A stretch of DNA of 64,000 bases from Selaginella moellendorffii (lineage: Eukaryota > Plantae > Lycopodiophyta): positions 213,981 to 277,980 of the forward strand of contig NW_003314416.1 of the NCBI RefSeq assembly GCF_000143415.4, given 5' to 3'. This document shows, piece by piece, positions 58,615-64,000 of the stretch. How positions within the stretch are numbered: the stretch's first letter is position 1; every line of letters begins with the position of its first letter. The translations under genes were made by a program, and so were the position numbers. The notes under the pieces are model-generated. The model saw only the letters and a list, made by a program, of their open reading frames with translations. It was not told the origin of the DNA and did not search any database.

Positions 58615-61600
58615 ATTTTTAGGTCCCTGGGTCGATGCAACATGTATGTACATTTCTCCAAGTCCCTTAGGGACTGGTACAAAAAACGAGAATCCCTTAG
58701 CGCTGTTCACTCAACTACGCTGTCCTACAATTCTCCACCTAATAGTGATCGCTGCCCTCCAATCGTGGCTGCTGTGGTCGTCGCCTCCACAGTGCATCCA
58801 GTGCCAGATCGCCACATCGAGCCTCCTTTGTTACCGTGTCCGAAGGTCTCCATTTCCACTTGACCTCCCCCTCGTGTTCAGTTCCGTAGCACGGAGTCCA
58901 TAGTCGTCGCCAAGCTGTGAGCGCCTCCCTGTTTTACCCATGCTCCTGGAGCAGCGTATCCCTGAAGCGGATAGCAGCCAGTGTGAGCCTCCACCAATTC
59001 GCCATGATCGCTGAAATCCGAGCGCACTGCCCTTCCAAGTGGTTGTGGTTCCGAGCCTCCCAGAGTGCCTGTACCCCGGAAGCCCGCCATACCTCCCATC
59101 TCGCCCATCCAAGGGCCTCCCACACTGTGGTCCCAACTTCGGCTCCTACCGCGTCCCACCTAACTCAAGTGCCCCATCCTGAGCGTCCCCAACACCCGAT
59201 CTTCCACCAAGCTGCTCCTGTGCATGGTCCCCTTGCCTCTGGAAACCATTGGGTGACATCCCCTTCTCGAATTTCAAAATCCTTCTTGTCCCCTAGTTCC
59301 CTCGTCGCTTTTGCTACCTGCCGCCACATCTCCTTGGCCACGTCACAATCCCAGAGGAGGTGTGTGACCGTCTCCAGTTCCCCGCATTCCGAACACCTGC
59401 GAGCACTCTCCGCTTGGTACCGCTGGCCTACTGGCAGCCCATTCGTCGCCACGAGCCAAGAGGTTACCTTTGATTTTTCCTGGATCGGTAGTTTCGAGAA
59501 CACCACGGTGTTGTCAATCACCTGGTCCACCTCCACTCCTAGCGCGATCCACTTTTGCAACAGTCGTGGGATTTCTTCTCTCTCAAATTCCCTATTCACC
59601 ATCAAACCGTTTCGCACATCCTTGACCTCGTAAGTGAAGAAGCCGTTCGCCCCGCGTCTCCACGCTGCTGGGTCCCAGTCCAGGTCTTCTATTAACTCTT
59701 TCCTCCACCATACTAGCCGTCCATCTCCTTCTAGCCAGCATGGTGACTCTACCACTTATGTCCGAGTTGCTGTCTGTCTTAGAACCCGGATTCGTCCTTT
59801 CACTTCATCGCAGGTCACGGACTCCGTGACCTGCGGCATCTGTTGGGGACCCCCCGCCTCGAGGAGTGTGTCGCCTCTCAATACACGAAGAGGCCTGCCG
59901 AGGTTTTGGTCTGGGTTCTTCACAAACCACACCTCAATCTCCCCCTCATTCCACGCTGGGGTTGGCATCGTGAACGCCCGAGTCCATTTCCCAAGTGGTA
60001 CCTGCTCGCCGTCCGACGTCTCCTCCCTTTGAATTGCCACAAAGTCCCCAGCGTGTAGCCTTCTTGTTGGCCATTTATCCCCTGTCTGTGCCTCTTTCAC
60101 TGCCCGCAGTAGCTTCAGTAGATCCCTCTGCACATCCCGCCACTTCCCTGGCCCGAAAACTTGGAAGCGCCGGGACGATTTCTGTGGATCCGGATCTACC
60201 ACTCCAACTAGTTGTTTGACTGTCCTGAAACCTCCTTGGTGTACCCGCCTCCATATGGTGTAGTGGTTCTCTCGGCCTAGTGTTCTGTCTCCTGCCTTAA
60301 ACAACTCATTGAAAAACAGCGGCTGATTCAGCCAGTCCTCTGCCCTATTCGGGATGACCTGCATCACTGGAAATGACTTCCAGAGCCGATGAAGACCCTG
60401 GACCAACTGGCCTCCCCCTACCACCTGTGTTTGTCCTTCCGCGAACATCCAACGGGGGTCCTCGTCCCAAACTCTTGCGAATCCATGCTTCGGCCTGATG
60501 GCTAGCATGCTCTGCCTGAACAAGAGCTTCCAAGCTTGGGCCCCCGGTTGGAGGCCCATTAGTATGACTTTGTACCTCAACGCCTTGCTCATGTCACTTG
60601 GGTCGATTATCCCCAAGCCACCTAAAACTCGTGGTCTCGCCGTCGACTACCATGCCACCTTGGCCATCGTCCGGCCACTGACCAGCGCTCCCTTCCACAC
60701 ATACGTGCGCACCATGGACCTTATGCGTTTGAGTGTTGTCTCTAGAACCGGCCATACTGAGAGGTGGTACCACGTACACGGCAGCACGATGCTTTTCGCC
60801 ACCACCACCATTGCCGGCAGTCCCAGTTTCCGTGGCGCCCATTTCTGAATCGCTGTTCTGGTCCTCCGCAGCAGCGCTGAGTCCTGCGTAGAAGCTTTGA
60901 ACTCACCTCCTACCTGAATTCCCAGGTAGCGTGTGTCCTCCCCTGGTGATAGCCACTGAAAGTCGATGTCGCGTCCCCACGCCTCGATGTCAGATTTCCG
61001 CCAGTTGATTCCTATCGACTTGTTCCAGTTGATGGCCGCTCCTGCTGCTACATTAAAGGCCTCTAGCCTGGCCCTTACAGTATCCAGGTTAGCCTTGGTA
61101 CCTAGCAGAAAGAGTGCTGTGTCATCCGCAAACGCGTTAGGTCCCTTCCCACCGTTTGAGTTCCTGGGAGTTGCTGTCTTTCCTTGGGTAACTCCACGCC
61201 CCTGATTCCTTCGCCTTCTGCCAGGAACGCCCCTAGAGCCTCCGCGACCATGAGGAAGAGGTACGGGGCCAACGGGCAGCCTTGATGCACCGACCTCCCT
61301 AGTCGAAACCGTGGGCCTGTTTCTCCATTGATGACCACCCTGCTTGATGCTCCCCGGTACAGGAGAGCGATGCGTGTTACCATGGGCGCTGGGATTCCTA
61401 TCCGTCTCATACATTCCTCCAGGAAGTCCCAGTCCACCCGGTCGTACGCCTTCTCGAAATCCAGTAGCCACGCCACCACATTCTGCCTCGAGGATTTTGC
61501 CCATCTTTGGGCCAGGAGATAGGTCCAGATATTCTCCACAATCTGTCTCCCTGGTACAAAGCCTGTCTGTTGTTCTCGAATAATGATGGGCATCACCGGT

Positions 61601-61618
61601 TGCAATTTAAGCGCCATC
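58615..61618 (-). mobile_element. LINE A (second subfamily), RT to 3' end, cut by DNA transposon copy 3
   Basis: LDFEKAYDRV, HQGCPLAPYLF, FADD, YLGI, CSECGELETVTHLLWDC; 3' motif at 58620-58690. Confidence 0.9.
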
Positions 61619-64000
61619 AAGCTCTATTTCGTTAAAGTGGGATTTATTCAGTAAAATGGGACTAGGTACAAATTTTCAAGTATTTGAAAATGACATGAAA
61701 TTATATGTTTTTTGTCCAGGGGCTAGACATATCTGGGGCATGGTGACTAGCGGGGTGACTTTGTGTCCAGACTGAGTCCATCTGGTTGTATAATAAATCT
61801 CATTGTCAAGGTGAACAAGCCGAATCTGAAGCTAAAGAAGAGCGATGGCATGCACGCACACATTATTTGTTTGTTCATTGAGCGTGTGGTGAGCTTTCCA
61901 AGATGAACGTCATTCCTATTAGCCAGACATATAACTTAATGGTGAGAACATTTAGATATTATTCAATGTTATCTTTTTCTAACGAATCTAATTGTGAAGG
62001 TGTAGCAAGAGACTTATATATTCTACATCTTCACCTATCTCCTTCTCCGTCTCCTTTTCTGCCTCACTTACAGATTTTGTGCTTGCCATGAGAACGCTCT
62101 TCACCCTAAAATATGGAGTTCGTTGTGTTATAAAAGGAAACCAACACACACGCTGCAAGGGAATGATGGTACATAAAGCACGTAAGCCCACAATATGGGT
62201 TTATGTGCCATTAATATGGGCCACACGCCATATTATTAGATTTATGCACGTGTGATTGGTAAATGCATATGTCATATCATCTTTGTTTTACCTCACACAC
62301 TATATCAGGCCTAATGAACCATATCACATGTGCGCACATGCTATATATATGGAGAAGTATTATGCAAGGATAGAAAAATTCAATGCATGATTGTGGAGAG
62401 CAATGGCATGAAGCCACATGCTAAATAACATTTTAGAGAAAGAATTAAAATAAAAACATGCAAACAGTACTGAGTGGACCAAGACTTAGAAGTGCACAAT
62501 TGAATGAGGTATTTCTAATAAATATTTCACTCACCTCATATAGGAATGGCTACCACTCTCAAATGGCGTATCGCCTCATGCCATCACCTCGCAATTTGTT
62601 ATAACAATCCGATGAATTCATATTCGGCTTGTTCACCTTGAACTTTAAGTAAGATTTGCTAGAACAACTAAGAATTTATACTTGTTATTTGTATCATCTC
62701 ACCTAGGAATGGCGTAAGGCCACATGCCATCACGCCTCCTCTGATTCAGATTCGGATTGTTCACCTTGAAATAAAATACATTAGAAACTTAGTAAAGGAA
62801 TATTAATGAATCTCACCTTGAACCCGGGTTATGAATGCTCTTGCTGCATCTCTTGCATGGTCTGGCAAGGTGATGGTGGCACTCTGCTTCCGCATCCAAC
62901 CATGCACAACATTATCCACCAATATGCTCATGCTGGGATCCCTTGGATTCAACACCCATCTCTTTTCTAGGCAATCCTTCGTATATCCGGAACTTGGCTT
63001 GAACCACTCCACAGTTACATTGAAGGAGTTAGTTTCTGCGTCCTCCTCTGCATCAGTGATGCAGCGCCCCACCCATATCATTTGTTTTTTATTACTGGGT
63101 CTGACAAGCACGACCATTCCTTTGCAGACCTGTACTGGATTGAATGCTGAATCCGGCTTCTTGTTCCTCGGCCCACAATAATGATCCTCAACATCGTTAT
63201 CTGTCACTGCATTTCCAGAGGACATTGTTCCGCTACTATCTGGTGCTCTGGGTTCTGGCCAAAAGGACTCTTCCAATTCTTCATATACAACCGGCCCATT
63301 TTGGATAGCAGATATAATCTTCTCCCAGTATTCGAGCAAAGGCTTGCACCTCTGAAAATAGGATTCTCCACCAAACACCAACCCCCTCTTCCAGAAGGCA
63401 ATATGCTGTCTAATCCCGGCCACTATACTTTCCTGGTCTTTGAGTCCATCCGGGTGCATCGGCCGTGGGGAACCCTGAGGAATCATAGGTTCCCCAGTTA
63501 TGGGATCTCTCTTGAAGAGTTCAATGCCGTCCACTGGCAGCCACACTGTGTCCCATTCTCTCATCTTGTACCTCATCACTGGAGCACCGTCACGCATGCT
63601 GAAATGAAACTGAAGAGGCTTGGAGTGGCCAATTAGCATTTCGGATCCGTCCCTGATGTAGCCTCTTACAAACCCCTTAAAGTCTGGAACCTCTGTCAGA
63701 AGTGCAGCTTCAACAGTGCCTTTGATGCAATTTTGGAATTCATCGTAGAGTTGTGGGAGGGTGAGGACATTGGATCGCCGGAGGGACTCTGCCAGGTGAC
63801 TGAACATGGCATCCACGTCTTCATGAGTGTGCCCAACCATGAGAAAGCCAAGTGTAACCGTTTCAAATATGCCTTTGGCAACAAGCATCGCCAAGTACGC
63901 GAAGACGTACATGTTTTTGTTCTCACTGCCAGCATTGTCTGTTTGGAGCAGAAGATGGGGTGGAAGGCCACATCGGCCGCAAGAACTTCCTTGAGATTCT
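61619..64000 (-). mobile_element. Sola/DUF7869-like DNA transposon copy 3, right end (runs off window)
   Basis: TIR at 61619-61642; near-identical inverted copy of ~6325-9153 lacking ~8300-8760. Predicted TSD CATC (61615-61618). Confidence 0.9.
62803..64000 (-). CDS. DDD transposase C-terminal half (open in window)
   Basis: LQTDNAGSENKN..GHTHEDVDAMFS, uninterrupted from the window end to the stop at 62803. Confidence 0.85.
   Translation of the reverse strand, partial: ESQGSSCGRCGLPPHLLLQTDNAGSENKNMYVFAYLAMLVAKGIFETVTLGFLMVGHTHEDVDAMFSHLAESLRRSNVLTLPQLYDEFQNCIKGTVEAALLTEVPDFKGFVRGYIRDGSEMLIGHSKPLQFHFSMRDGAPVMRYKMREWDTVWLPVDGIELFKRDPITGEPMIPQGSPRPMHPDGLKDQESIVAGIRQHIAFWKRGLVFGGESYFQRCKPLLEYWEKIISAIQNGPVVYEELEESFWPEPRAPDSSGTMSSGNAVTDNDVEDHYCGPRNKKPDSAFNPVQVCKGMVVLVRPSNKKQMIWVGRCITDAEEDAETNSFNVTVEWFKPSSGYTKDCLEKRWVLNPRDPSMSILVDNVVHGWMRKQSATITLPDHARDAARAFITRVQGEIH

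Noticed and set aside
6256-64000. One giant inverted-repeat element formed by 6325-9153 and 61619-64000
   Set aside because: Both are right ends of independent copies pointing inward and inserted in different hosts; they are not paired TIRs.

Overview
Eukaryotic, almost certainly land-plant, transposon-dense DNA. A lycophyte such as Selaginella is the best inference, from an ALDH21 fragment, a TatI-type Gypsy and introns of about 50 nt. There is no intact host gene. The window is a nest of elements. (i) Three copies of one large DDD DNA transposon (Sola/DUF7869-like) with a 24-bp TIR AAGCTCTATTTCGTTAAAGTGGGA and a 4-bp TSD. The complete copy (27999-52785) carries ParB-like and FCP1/NIF-phosphatase-like cargo, and all copies carry a dispersed 22-bp palindrome. 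(ii) A young chromodomain Gypsy (42800-50379) whose integrase is split by two clean GT-AG introns, with a candidate third intron that would yield Gag only. (iii) A non-coding LTR family (LARD-like; three pieces) that shares a covarying multi-hairpin RNA structure with that chromovirus. (iv) A TatI-like Gypsy with an archaeal-type RNase H. (v) Two tandem short-LTR Gypsy copies. (vi) Four co-oriented L1/Tx1-like LINEs with a common 3' junction motif. (vii) A 5'-truncated ALDH21 pseudogene. Coordinates were counted by eye and may be off by a few bases. Family names come from motif recognition, not database searches.
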